A stretch of DNA of 41,098 nt from Oculatellaceae cyanobacterium bins.114 (GCA_033764315.1 JANRJA010000076.1:1-41098), one strand, 5' to 3'. Shown: positions 1-11,300, counted from the first letter of the stretch. The notes: a model not told the origin generated them from the letters alone. Made by a program: numbers and translations.

Positions 1-330
1 ACTCAGTCCAAGCACAATCGGCAGGAACCCCGGCAATCTCAGCGGCGGTTGAGAGGGTTGAGCCTGATGCTCAGAAGGGATATAAGCCTTGACTGGTTGA
101 GATGCGATCGCCAGATTACTCCCTAAAAAAATCAGGCTGATCATGAAAACCACCCCACCTAAAAGGGTTTGTGTCATTAATCGGCGGCTAAAAACCTCTG
201 TGTAACCTACTTCTTCAAACCAAAACCTCTCAGCTAACCAAAAACTGACGGTGTTTAGCAGCAGTACACCCCCGACTAACAAGGCGAACCACTTTCTAAA
301 ATAAGCAGGCGATCGCTGTCCAGCAGTCAT
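1..330 (-). CDS. UPF0182 family membrane protein, N-terminal part (runs off the window edge)
   Basis: Not in the ORF track. Manual translation from ATG at 330 is open to position 1: MTAGQRSPAYFRKWFALLVGGVLLLNTVSFWLAERFWFEEVGYTEVFSRRLMTQTLLGGVVF... The WFxEVGYxxVFxxRL motif between TM segments is typical of UPF0182. Confidence 0.75.
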   Translation of the reverse strand, partial: MTAGQRSPAYFRKWFALLVGGVLLLNTVSFWLAERFWFEEVGYTEVFSRRLMTQTLLGGVVFMISLIFLGSNLAIASQPVKAYIPSEHQAQPSQPPLRLPGFLPIVLGLS

Positions 331-866
331 AATTCAATCAGGTGCATCCCAAGCAGAGCGGCCACATCACGAGGAGTCAAATAGCTTGCCTCAATTGTGG
401 CAATTTTCACTCCTTTGCTAACATTTTCATTAGAACGAGAGCGAGGAGAGCCTAATTCAACGTTTTATAAAGCGATGAAACGATATTAAATGGTTTTGGG
501 TGAGCTCAAATTAACAATTAGGGCAATTTGCTCACCCAGTAAAATGATTGGGCGATCGCAAATAAAGACCAAAACTCAGAGAATCAGCTTTTTGTATTCA
601 CAGTTTTAAACATCACACGGCTCTCAATAATTTCTCTTTAAGGCTGATTTCTGACCTAAAATTGATTGATCTCTTGTCAGTTTTGATAAGATTTCATTCA
701 AATGCAAAACCAATTAGAAAAAAATACACTAAAAATCAATGATTAGGGCACTGTAAGGTCAAATCTGCATCTTTTGTGGAAAAACCAAATTAATATTTAA
801 GCAGTAACAGCCCTTGCTTTTTAGCTTCTCCATTGTTGCAAGGCTTTATCGTTGGGAATTTTTATC

Positions 867-3800
867 GTGACTTCTCATAAAGCTCAAATTCAAGCACTGA
901 TTAATGAGATTGATGAAGTATTGAGTAAGCCAAGCCCGCGCTTACCGTGGGTCATGGCGGGTGATGCCGATCAACAGCGTCAGGTTCTAGAACAAACTCG
1001 CAGCTATCTTCTCTCGCTTCAGGAGGAGATTCCTGACCCTGGCAGTGTTGGCTTGCCCAATAGCCCTTTAGCTTACAATCTCGCCTATCCTCAAGGGCAA
1101 GCCCCAGCCGTTGAGTCGGCTCAGCAAGTCTTGCAAGCCGTATTGCAAGAAATGAGCTATTTGCGTGCCAATGTGATGCAGCCCTTGAGACAGGATGTAG
1201 AGCAGTTACAACAACAACGAGAGGCTCTGCTGCTAGAAGTGCGCATGTTAGAGGGACAACGTCAGCAACAGGCATTGCCCCAAGCGCAGGTCAATCAGCA
1301 ACAAATTATTACCGAGTTTTTGCAGTCCTTGATGGGGCGACTGCAAGAAAATTTGACTGGGCAGGTCGCTCAGATGGTTGCCAACCTGGAAGCACAGTCT
1401 ACTCAAGAACGAGCACTTCCCGGAAATATGCCGTTAGACACAGTGCACCCTGAAACTGGAATTTCCTATCAGCCTGTGCTCACGGCTCAACAGCGGCTGG
1501 AACAGATTCAAACACTGCAATCTCAATCTGACCAACTGCTCCTCAAGCTCGACTCCACATTGCGGGTTATTTTTGAGTCACTACAAAGCAACATTCAAAG
1601 CTATCAAGACTCTTTGAGCCAAGGTCTTGATAAGATGCACAACCTGGGGCAACAGGGCGAAGCCATGTTTGCGGCGTTAGTTAATCGGTTGGCGCAACAG
1701 CTCGGCAGAGAAGCCTCTACCTATTTGCAATCCTCCCTACAAACGGATTGGGAGGCGGCAGGTCGTCCTTTGCCTGCGACTGTGAAAACCCCTGAAGGAG
1801 CACAGATTCCGCAAGGGTCGCCCTTTGTGCTCGATCTGGCACCGATCGCCGACAGCGATGAAGATGTATCTGATGACCAGATTGATCTCTTGCTAAATGA
1901 ACTGCAAGCAGACGAACCTGCTACAAGCATTCAATTACCCATTACTTCAATTCAGCCCCCCGCTCAAAGCCCATCTGAGCTTAATTTTGATGACCTTGAT
2001 CTCGATGATTTAGGGCTACAGTTGCCCACAATGCAAAGCGGTTCCTCTGGGGTAACTGACGCAGATCCTTTAAATCAGGGTTTTCCAGCGTTTCAAGTTG
2101 ATGATGACATCACTTTCTTTCAGGTCGATCAGCCATTGACCTCATTTCAGGTCAGTGATGATGAGATGGCTCAACTACAAGCTGATTTAGATGCAGCCGT
2201 TCAGATTCCAGAAGATGAAAGGTTTGTCGAATCAGAGTTTGAAGAAAGAGACTCAGCCCTCGACTTATTAAATCAACTCAGTGCCGAGTTGCAGCCTGAT
2301 GAGACTGAGGCTCAACCAGAGATTGGAGTCGTTGATGTTGAATCAGCGGCAACAATGCCTTCTAGTCAAGAGGGCTATGACGATGACATGAGTGAGCTAT
2401 ATGAGAGCTTGTTTGGTGCTGCGGCAGTTCACTCGGCAGATGGGTTAGACCCTACGACAGAACCTGTAGATCAGCATGTTGCCGATGCCACGCAAGAACC
2501 ATCTGAGGCGGCTATCTCTGCGCTAGAACCCTCGGAGTTAGAACCCTTTGAAACGATGGCCGCTTTAGAGCCGCCGCTTCAAGTAGAGGTCAGCTCAGAT
2601 GCCCCATCGCCAGAGGTGACTGATGCATTAGTGGAAGAACTGTTTGATGGATTGGTAGATCCTGCTCAGACTGAGACCATTGCTTTAGCAGACAATCTTG
2701 CGAGTGAACCTTCTAACTCATTAGAAGACTTACTGGGAGAACCCCTGTTACTAGAGTCAGAGTTGGCGGTTGGCGATAGTGTTAGTGGTTGGCAAGACGA
2801 GGCGAGTCTTGAGGGTGATATCCCCAGCGATGTCGATATGATTACCAGTCTGTCTGACTTGACCACAGAACCTAGATTAGAGTCTGCCTCTGACGTAACA
2901 GATGAGTTTTCTGCTGATGCTTCAGGCTCACAACTGGATGAAGATATCTTTGTGCCTGCTGCACCTGATGAGGTGTTACTGGTCTCTGAGGACGAGCTAA
3001 CCCCTGAAGTTCGGGCTGATCTAGATCTGGGTGACACGATTTTGAGCCAACTCACCACCGATCTGTCAAACCTAGAAGATCAGAGAGGTGACGTTTCATT
3101 TGAGCCTGACCTGTTAGAGTCTGACTTGTTAGGATCTGACTTGTTAGAGCCTGACTTGTTAGAGCCTGACTTGCTAGAGCCTGATCTGTCAGCCCTCGAC
3201 GAAGTTGATATTGACTTGGAACAAGACCTGTCAGCGATCGCCCCTGACATTGATTCCATCCCACAAGACGCAAGCAGTTCAGACGAGCCTCAACTTCCTC
3301 CCTACAACACTTACTTCTCAGATGAGTTGCAACCTCCCATTGATTTGTTTGACGAGGCTGCATCAGGAGATCTGTCCCTATCTCAAAATCAGTTTGAGCC
3401 TTCCTTGGTTGACGCTGATCCACCGTCTGATTCTGCCCCATCCAACAGCTGGCAAAGCTTACTAGATGATCTGGCGACGACCTCTGACCCAGTTGTATCT
3501 TCTGAAACTACACCAGAAGAATTGTGGGCAGTTCTGGAAAACTCCTCTCCTGAAACCCCCAACTCACTTGATTTATCCACAGAGCTTCAAGAACTGTCTT
3601 TGGATGATCAAAATACTTTAGATCCGCCGCTAGAGCCTTTATCAGACACGGCCTTGCTGAATATGTTCTTACAGGAACCGACATCAGAGGTCGCTAATTC
3701 AGAACTTATATCCACTGAGCCAGACAATCCTCTCATCCAAGAAACGGCCTTTTTGGATAACTTGTTTTCAGAACAACCCAGTGAAGCAACGGTTGAAGAC

Positions 3801-6800
3801 AGTACCCGTGAGGTGATGCCAAGTAGTTTCCCGGATGGGGTAATAGCTGCCTCAGAGCAACAGGTTGATGCTGATATTGCAGCTAGCTCTGAGACCTCAA
3901 GCAATCAAGCTTCGCTTAATTCGCTGCCTTCAGAGTTGTTGGATGAACTATTCCCTCCTGACCCTGCAAGTACTCCGACTGAGCCGTTACAACCCGATCT
4001 TCAACCAACCCCACTAACTCCACTAACTCCTGCTTCAGCGGCTCTTTTGGCGACTGATACGGCACTCCCATCGGTGTCAATTCCGCTCGAAGACGATGCC
4101 ACTCTGGATGATATTTTTGCCACAGTGCCACCGTTACCAACTGATCTTGACGATGCCCTCAGCCCTCTAGCTTCTACCTCTGATGAAACGCCTTTCTTAG
4201 ATGATTTGTTTGGCAGCGCACCACCCATCGATATTGCTGCTGTAGATTTGCCAACTAGACCCTCATCTGGTTCCACAACACCCGCTCCGACTCCAGCCAC
4301 AGAAACTCATGACCCGGTTGAAACGCTGTCAATCGCATCTCTTCCAGTTAGAGAAACATCGAGTAAAGAGATTGAGACCAATGCGTTTACGTTAGAGGGG
4401 TTGGCAGAGAGTCTGTTTGAAGACGCGCCCGACCTCAATTCGATGGATCTGGGTGAGCCGACCTTTCAACCAGAATCAGAAGATTGGACGTTAGAAGGGG
4501 CGTTTGGAGATTTAGGGCAAGCTCCGCCACTTCCTCCTGAGTTTGGAGAACCTGAAATTCCCTCATTAGACCCTATTTCAGCTGTAGAGGACGCTGAAAA
4601 AAAAAAGACTCTAGACCCAGAAACGAATTTTGAAGCGGTTCTCCAAACTAATTTTGAGACGGTCACTGACCCAACTGATGTTGTGGAGGTTGGGGGCGAT
4701 GTGTCTGCCTCAAACCAGTCACTCCCAGAAGGTCATTCAGAGTCTACTGAACTCTTGCTCGACGAACTCTCCCTTCATCACGAGCTTGATCAACTCTCTG
4801 TTGAAACCAACACCGCTGAACGAGATGAGGTAGAGGAGACAAACGAGTTAGATGAATTAGATGAATTAAATGAGTCTGACCTATTCTCAATTGCTTCATC
4901 AGAGGCAGATCTGCCAACTGCAAATCTGGCGGCAGAATCAAATGACTTGGGTATTGACCCTGCGGATCGGTCTTTAGAGTTTCTTGATCTGAGTTTGCCT
5001 GAAACCAACGCTGCCGAGTTGCCTGCTCCGATACCTCAACCCGACCCTGCCGTTGCAGGAGATCCATCAATTGCCTCAGAACAAGCCGTCGACGTGTCTC
5101 TGCCAGAGTTGAGCGAGTTAGCGTTAGAAGATCTGGAGTTAGAGGATTTAGAGTTGGGCGAGTTGGAGCCAGAGTCTTTGGAATCTTCTCAATCCCCAAC
5201 CACCTCTGATTTCAGAACGGCTGAGCTACAAACTTCTGATTTGCTGGAGTTATCGGAAGACCTGGGAATTGATGCCCAAGAACTGCAAGCCCTGTTAGAA
5301 ACTGATTTTGCTGCAGAGGAGTTTTCACCTCCCCCACCCTATCCCCGCTTTGATGCTGCACCTAAAGTGTGGTATCTCGGTATTGATTTTGGAACAACTG
5401 GAATTTCGGCGGTGCTGCTTAATCGGGTGAGTTTAGAGTTGTATCCTCTGTACTGGTGCATGGGTACTCAACCCGACTCCCCCGTTGATGAAAGTGCTTC
5501 GCATCGCAATTTGGGTGACAAACAATTTCGATTGCCCACGATTGTCTATCTATCGCCTAGCGATCGCCCCTCGAATATGCCCGATTTTGCAATGGATTTC
5601 ATGGGGCAAAGCAATTTGGTGACAGTAACGTTTCCTACCGCTCATCCCCAGGGGGCTAGTCACCCATCGGTCATGGCTGATCCTTCAAAGCGGTTATTAC
5701 GAGACGCTAAACCCTATCTCAATGTTGGCATTCCCCATTACTCTCCTGAAACCGCCCAGTGGGAGCCTGTCTTACAGTGGTCTAATCAATCGCTCTCTCT
5801 AAGTGCTGTTCATCAAGCGGTGCGAACTTTGCTATCCACGCTCAGCATCACTGAGGAAGATATTGCCGATGCTACTACCCCAACCTGTGCCGTTTTAGGA
5901 ATGGAGGAGAGCAGCTTTCAGACGGCACTGCGGCAACTAGCAGGAGTGGTGGTCGGCTGCCCGGTGGGATGGGCTGATACCTTTAGCTTTAACATCCGGG
6001 AGGCGATCTTGGGAGCACGCCTGGTCAATCGTCCTGATCAAATTTTTGTCGTTGAAGATGCGATCGCCACTTTGCTGTCAGGGCTACCCAGTGCCGATGC
6101 CCGTCCCTTGACTTTGCCTCAAGGCATTGCCCAAAACCCTGATTTACACAACATGGATTGGGATGGTCCTACGTTGGTGATTAATGCCGGGGCAACTGTC
6201 ACCGATATGGCATTGGTCAACCTTCCCCAAGATTTGCAAACCCTGACCTATCAAGACTTTCATCTCCGCAGTCTGGCTTATGCTGGCAATGCCCTCGATC
6301 AAGATATCATCTGTCACTTAATCTATCCGGCATGGCTCCAGCGATTACCCCAGGGGGGAAATAGTTCTGCATCGCGCCAATCGACACCCCCTACCGATGG
6401 CACTTCGTTGAACTATACGTTTGGGTCAGGGAATGGGGCTAAATCAGGTACCTTTGTAGATGGCTGGAACTGGCAACCCAGTGATGCAGAGCCTCCCAGT
6501 GAGCAAAATTGGCGCAATCTGGGGCTAGATAATTTGTCATTTCCTCTGGTGGGTGAACCGGATGTGCAAAATCGCTTTGCCCTGCAACAACGCCTATCCA
6601 ACTCCCCAATAGGGCAGGGATTGCTAGAAGCGGCCAGACACTTAAAGCTAGTCTTACAACAACAAGACCGATTTGTGCTGCAACTGGGGGATCAACAGTT
6701 AGCGATCGCCCGCCAAGATTTGGCAAGTGGTGTCTTTTTACCTTACATTCAACGGCTCAACCGAGAGTTGAATGCGTTGATGAATCAAACCGGAATAGCC

Positions 6801-7409
6801 GCCCTCAATATCAATCAGGTGATGTGTACTGGAGGCACTGCTTCTCTAGCGGCGATCGCTCGTTGGCTACCGCAAAAATTTCCCAATGCGACAATTATTC
6901 AAGATACCTATGGGGGCGATCGCACCTCGTCTCCCTTTAGCAACTGTCTGCCCATCTGTAGTCGGGTTGCCTATGGGTTAGCCACACTGCCTCTTCACAC
7001 CAACGTGCTTGACTTAGCGCGGCAACAATATAGTCCCTATTTCTTGCTGCTTGAGCTATTGCGGGCATTTCCTGATCAACCATTGTCAGTGGGGGCTGTG
7101 ATGCAGCTGTTAGAGCGTCGAGGCATTAATACACAAGTCTGTCATCAACAAATTTTGTCTCTGCTCGAAGGCCAACTCCCCCCCGGTCTGGTGCCGACTG
7201 AGAAGTATGCTTACTTGCTCACACCCGAATCAGCTCAAAACCCGGATTACCGCCTGTTGCTCTCAGCTCCTTTATTCTCAAAACAAGGCAGCCAGACCTA
7301 TCGTCTCAACTACGAGCAGTGGAACCATTTTCGCCGTTATCTTGGGACGTTAATGACCAGCACTTACCAAAAGCTGGCAGAACCTCTTGCTCTAAGTCTC
7401 AGCCTTTGA
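867..7409 (+). CDS. Large hypothetical protein: N-terminal Gln-rich coiled coil, long acidic low-complexity region, C-terminal Hsp70/actin-like ATPase fold
   Basis: ORF 852-7409; likely start GTG 867. C-terminal motifs are YLGIDFGTT (phosphate 1), LVINAGATVTD (phosphate 2-like), AGNALDQDI and CTGGTASL (adenosine). Confidence 0.8.
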   Translation: MTSHKAQIQALINEIDEVLSKPSPRLPWVMAGDADQQRQVLEQTRSYLLSLQEEIPDPGSVGLPNSPLAYNLAYPQGQAPAVESAQQVLQAVLQEMSYLRANVMQPLRQDVEQLQQQREALLLEVRMLEGQRQQQALPQAQVNQQQIITEFLQSLMGRLQENLTGQVAQMVANLEAQSTQERALPGNMPLDTVHPETGISYQPVLTAQQRLEQIQTLQSQSDQLLLKLDSTLRVIFESLQSNIQSYQDSLSQGLDKMHNLGQQGEAMFAALVNRLAQQLGREASTYLQSSLQTDWEAAGRPLPATVKTPEGAQIPQGSPFVLDLAPIADSDEDVSDDQIDLLLNELQADEPATSIQLPITSIQPPAQSPSELNFDDLDLDDLGLQLPTMQSGSSGVTDADPLNQGFPAFQVDDDITFFQVDQPLTSFQVSDDEMAQLQADLDAAVQIPEDERFVESEFEERDSALDLLNQLSAELQPDETEAQPEIGVVDVESAATMPSSQEGYDDDMSELYESLFGAAAVHSADGLDPTTEPVDQHVADATQEPSEAAISALEPSELEPFETMAALEPPLQVEVSSDAPSPEVTDALVEELFDGLVDPAQTETIALADNLASEPSNSLEDLLGEPLLLESELAVGDSVSGWQDEASLEGDIPSDVDMITSLSDLTTEPRLESASDVTDEFSADASGSQLDEDIFVPAAPDEVLLVSEDELTPEVRADLDLGDTILSQLTTDLSNLEDQRGDVSFEPDLLESDLLGSDLLEPDLLEPDLLEPDLSALDEVDIDLEQDLSAIAPDIDSIPQDASSSDEPQLPPYNTYFSDELQPPIDLFDEAASGDLSLSQNQFEPSLVDADPPSDSAPSNSWQSLLDDLATTSDPVVSSETTPEELWAVLENSSPETPNSLDLSTELQELSLDDQNTLDPPLEPLSDTALLNMFLQEPTSEVANSELISTEPDNPLIQETAFLDNLFSEQPSEATVEDSTREVMPSSFPDGVIAASEQQVDADIAASSETSSNQASLNSLPSELLDELFPPDPASTPTEPLQPDLQPTPLTPLTPASAALLATDTALPSVSIPLEDDATLDDIFATVPPLPTDLDDALSPLASTSDETPFLDDLFGSAPPIDIAAVDLPTRPSSGSTTPAPTPATETHDPVETLSIASLPVRETSSKEIETNAFTLEGLAESLFEDAPDLNSMDLGEPTFQPESEDWTLEGAFGDLGQAPPLPPEFGEPEIPSLDPISAVEDAEKKKTLDPETNFEAVLQTNFETVTDPTDVVEVGGDVSASNQSLPEGHSESTELLLDELSLHHELDQLSVETNTAERDEVEETNELDELDELNESDLFSIASSEADLPTANLAAESNDLGIDPADRSLEFLDLSLPETNAAELPAPIPQPDPAVAGDPSIASEQAVDVSLPELSELALEDLELEDLELGELEPESLESSQSPTTSDFRTAELQTSDLLELSEDLGIDAQELQALLETDFAAEEFSPPPPYPRFDAAPKVWYLGIDFGTTGISAVLLNRVSLELYPLYWCMGTQPDSPVDESASHRNLGDKQFRLPTIVYLSPSDRPSNMPDFAMDFMGQSNLVTVTFPTAHPQGASHPSVMADPSKRLLRDAKPYLNVGIPHYSPETAQWEPVLQWSNQSLSLSAVHQAVRTLLSTLSITEEDIADATTPTCAVLGMEESSFQTALRQLAGVVVGCPVGWADTFSFNIREAILGARLVNRPDQIFVVEDAIATLLSGLPSADARPLTLPQGIAQNPDLHNMDWDGPTLVINAGATVTDMALVNLPQDLQTLTYQDFHLRSLAYAGNALDQDIICHLIYPAWLQRLPQGGNSSASRQSTPPTDGTSLNYTFGSGNGAKSGTFVDGWNWQPSDAEPPSEQNWRNLGLDNLSFPLVGEPDVQNRFALQQRLSNSPIGQGLLEAARHLKLVLQQQDRFVLQLGDQQLAIARQDLASGVFLPYIQRLNRELNALMNQTGIAALNINQVMCTGGTASLAAIARWLPQKFPNATIIQDTYGGDRTSSPFSNCLPICSRVAYGLATLPLHTNVLDLARQQYSPYFLLLELLRAFPDQPLSVGAVMQLLERRGINTQVCHQQILSLLEGQLPPGLVPTEKYAYLLTPESAQNPDYRLLLSAPLFSKQGSQTYRLNYEQWNHFRRYLGTLMTSTYQKLAEPLALSLSL
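3102..3188 (+). repeat. In-frame 15-bp tandem repeat, about 6 copies, encoding (EPDLL)n
   Basis: GAGCCTGACTTGTTA-like units read directly from the sequence. Confidence 0.9.
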
Positions 7410-7530
7410 CCATTGAACCGTTGTGGGTCAATCGTCAATCATCCAGGGAAAGTCTCTCAAGATTTGGTTAATTTAGCCCATTATTGACGATAATTGCATT
7501 GCCACGAGTATTGCCACGACGAGGACTTCT

Positions 7531-7920
7531 ATGGCTTTTGACTACCCTGATGATTTGAAATATTTGGATTCTCACGAATATACTCGGCTTGAAGGAGAGA
7601 TTGCTACGATTGGCATTACTGCCTTTGCGGTTGATCAACTCGGTGACATTGTGTTTCTGGAATTACCAGAAGTAGGCGATGCCGTTAAAAAAGACGAAAA
7701 ATTTGGCACGGTTGAATCCGTCAAAGCCGTTGAAGATTTGAATTCTCCTGTCACCGGCACTGTGATCGAGCGCAATGAACCCATTTTGGATAACCCTGAG
7801 CAATTAGCTGAGGATCCCTACGGTGAGGGATGGCTGCTAAGAGTGCGAGTCAACGATCCTGGTGATTTGGATGACACTCTTTCAGCAGATGAATACCGCA
7901 GCCAAGTTGAAGGAGAGTAG
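7531..7920 (+). CDS. gcvH: Glycine cleavage system H protein
   Basis: [19 protein letters not shown], lipoyl-lysine motif [23 protein letters not shown] upstream. Confidence 0.97.
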   Translation: MAFDYPDDLKYLDSHEYTRLEGEIATIGITAFAVDQLGDIVFLELPEVGDAVKKDEKFGTVESVKAVEDLNSPVTGTVIERNEPILDNPEQLAEDPYGEGWLLRVRVNDPGDLDDTLSADEYRSQVEGE

Positions 7921-7955
7921 GGAATAGGGAATAGAGGGTGGAGAAGGACTGAGAG

Positions 7956-8053
7956 GGGTTGAGTTTTTAGGGTTGAGTTCTTAGGGTTGAGTTTTTAGGG
8001 TTGAGTTTTTAGAGTTGAGTTTTTAGAGTTGAGTTCTTAGGGTTGAGTTTTGA
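7956..8053 (+). repeat. 14-bp tandem repeat, 7 copies (GGGTTGAGTTTTTA)
   Basis: Counted directly. Confidence 0.95.
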
Positions 8054-8069
8054 ATTTGATACCTTCACC

Positions 8070-8279
8070 CAAAACTTACCCTTCAAAACTCATCCTTCAA
8101 AACTCCCCCTTCAAAACTCCCCCTTCAAAACTCACCCTCCCAAACTCATCCTCCAAAACCCATCCCTCAAAACCCATCCCTCAAAACTCATCCTTCAAAA
8201 CTCACCCTTCAAAACTCCCCCACCAAAACTCATCCTCCCAAACTCATCCTTCAAAACTCATCCTTCAAAACTCCCCCTC
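8070..8279 (+). repeat. 14-bp tandem repeat, 15 copies (CAAAACTCAYCCTT), roughly the reverse complement of the preceding array
   Basis: Counted directly; unit period is exactly 14. Confidence 0.95.
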
Positions 8280-8375
8280 CCACCCTTACTCAGAAGCAGA
8301 GCCGTCTCAAGAGCTACTGACCATTTGTTGCAGAATGTTGCAAAATAGTCAGAATAAGTTACGCTTCTCTTTTTG

Positions 8376-11300
8376 ATGTATCGTTCCGCTATTGAACTTG
8401 CTATGTCATCAGATCTCTCTGTCTATCCGCCTACAGCATCTGACTATCACGGAAACGTTCAGGGTTCAACCGTTTCTCAGGCGTCGGTTAAATCTGCTGC
8501 TACGACCCCTAACCCCGTTGCAGCAGATTCAAGTAACAATGGGGCACTTGCCCCTCAAGACGATTTCCAACGTCGCCACATTGGTCCCAGTGATAGCGAT
8601 ATTCAGCAGATGTTGAGTGTGTTGGGCTTGAGTACTCTAGAGGATCTGATTGACAAAGCTGTTCCTCAAGCGATTCGAGTGCAGCAACCCCTACAACTCG
8701 GAGCAGGGCAGAGCGAATATGAACGGTTAATGGAGTTGAAGGCGATCGCCTCTAAAAATCAGATCTTTCGCTCCTTTATTGGTATGGGCTATGCCAACTG
8801 CATTACCCCGACCGTGATTCAACGCAATATTCTAGAAAACCCTGGTTGGTATACCCAATACACCCCCTATCAACCTGAGATTTCGCAAGGGCGACTAGAA
8901 GCACTGCTCAACTTTCAGACGGTGGTGATCGACTTGACAGGGATGGCGATCGCCAATGCTTCTTTATTAGATGAGGGCACTGCTGCCGCCGAAGCCATGA
9001 CGATGAGCTATGGCTTATACAATGGCACCGCATCAGCCTTTTGGGTGTCTGAGGCTTGCCATCCTCAAACCATTGATGTGATTCAAACTCGTGCTAAACC
9101 TCTGGGAATTGAGGTGATCATTGGCGACCACCGCACAGTAGAGTTTGACCAACCGATCTTTGGTGCACTGCTGCAATATCCCGCTACGGATGGCGCAATT
9201 TACGACTATCAAGCCTTTGTCGATCGCGCTCATGCTGCTGGGGCTTTGGTCACAGTCGCCGCTGATTTGCTGAGTCTTACCTTACTCACCCCCCCAGGAG
9301 AATTTGGGGCAGATATTGTGGTGGGTAACACGCAGCGATTTGGTGTGCCTCTGGGCTATGGCGGCCCTCATGCGGCCTACTTTGCTACTAAGCTCGACTA
9401 TAAACGGCAAATTCCCGGACGGTTAGTGGGTGTTTCTAAAGACACTGCCGGACACCCTGCCTTACGTTTAGCATTGCAAACTCGTGAACAACACATTCGT
9501 CGTGAAACCGCGACAAGCAACATCTGCACCGCCCAAGTCTTGTTAGCGGTAATGGCAGGCATGTATGCCGTCTACCACGGCCCCACAGGTTTAAAGCGGA
9601 TTGCCACACGAGTTCATCAGTTAACCCAGCTACTGGCACAAGGCTTGCAACAACTGGGCTATAGCCTGGGAACGGCTCCCTTCTTTGATACCCTGCGGGT
9701 CGAAGTGGGAGATCAACGGGCAGAAATTTTTAAGAGAGCGATCGCCCATCAGATCAACTTACGTCCTCTGGGAACAACTGCGATCGGCATCACGCTAGAT
9801 GAAACTACTCGTCCTCAAGATGTGCTTGATTTATTGCGCTTGTTTGGAGGTGACACTTCCAATGGCAGCAGTGCACGCCAACCCTTGAGCCTGGATGATT
9901 TGATCATTCAACAAGATGCTCTCCCCACATCCTTGACTCGCACCACTCCCTATCTCACCCATCCAGTATTTAATACTTACCAGTCAGAAACTGAGTTGCT
10001 GAGATATATTCACCGCTTGCAAGCCAAGGATTTGTCACTCACGACGGCCATGATTCCACTCGGCTCCTGCACGATGAAGCTAAACGCAACATCAGAAATG
10101 GTGCCTGTCACCTGGGCAGAATTCACCCAAATTCATCCTTTTGCCCCACTAGAGCAGACCCAGGGCTATCAAATCTTGTTTCAGCAGTTAGAGGCATGGC
10201 TAGCAGAAATTACCGGATTCGCGGCTATCTCTCTGCAACCCAATGCGGGGTCTCAGGGAGAATACACCGGATTGTTGGTGATTCGGCAATATCATGAGCA
10301 ACGCGGCGAAGCCCACCGAAATGTATGTTTGATTCCTCAATCGGCTCATGGCACCAATCCCGCTAGTGCCGTGATGGCAGGGATGAAAGTGGTCGCGGTT
10401 GCTTGTGATGACGAGGGCAATATTGATGTAGCCGATCTCAAAGCCAAAGCAGAGAAATATAGCGATCGCCTCTCTGCCTTGATGGTGACTTACCCCTCGA
10501 CCCACGGGGTATTTGAAGAGGCCATTCAAGAGATTTGTGCGATCGTCCACACTAACGGTGGGCAGGTCTATATGGATGGGGCAAACCTCAATGCTCAAGT
10601 GGGGCTGTGCCGACCTGGAGATTTTGGCGCAGATGTCTGTCACCTCAATCTCCACAAGACTTTTTGCATTCCCCACGGGGGCGGTGGTCCTGGTATGGGG
10701 CCGATTGGGGTGGCAGCGCACTTGGTGCCCTTTCTGCCCGGTCATGTCGTGGTCAACCTGGATGGAGCCACTCCTCAAGGTTCTAGAATTGGCGCAGTGT
10801 CCTCTGCTCCCTGGGGCAGTGGCTGCATTCTGCCAATCTCATGGATGTACATCGCTCTAATGGGTACCACAGGCTTAACCAAAGCAACTCAGGTCGCTAT
10901 TCTCAATGCCAATTACATCGCTAAGCGACTAGAGGAACACTATTCCATTCTCTATAAAGGCAAGCATAGCTTAGTCGCACATGAATGCATCCTTGACTTG
11001 CGACAGTTTAAAAAATCTGCGGGTATTGAGGTCGATGACATTGCTAAACGTCTGATTGATTATGGATTCCATCCCCCAACCGTTTCCTGGCCTGTTGCCG
11101 GAACGGTCATGGTGGAACCCACCGAAAGCGAATCAAAACAGGAATTGGATCGCTTCTGTGATGCCATGATTGCGATTCGTCACGAAATTCGCGAGATCGA
11201 AGAAGACAAAGTCGATCGTCACGATAACTTGTTGAAAAATGCGCCCCATACGGCGGCTAGCCTGATGGTTGACGAGTGGAAGCATCCCTACTCTCGTCAT

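Noticed and set aside
952-6726. Many short antisense or alternate-frame ORFs inside the large gene (similar ones occur in gcvP, ftsH and tamB)
   Set aside because: Shadow ORFs with no recognisable motifs.
7410-7530. Glycine riboswitch upstream of gcvH
   Set aside because: Only 120 bp, and no recognisable aptamer motifs.
8043-8376. ORFs of 101 and 108 aa between gcvH and gcvP
   Set aside because: By-products of the stop-free 14-bp tandem array.
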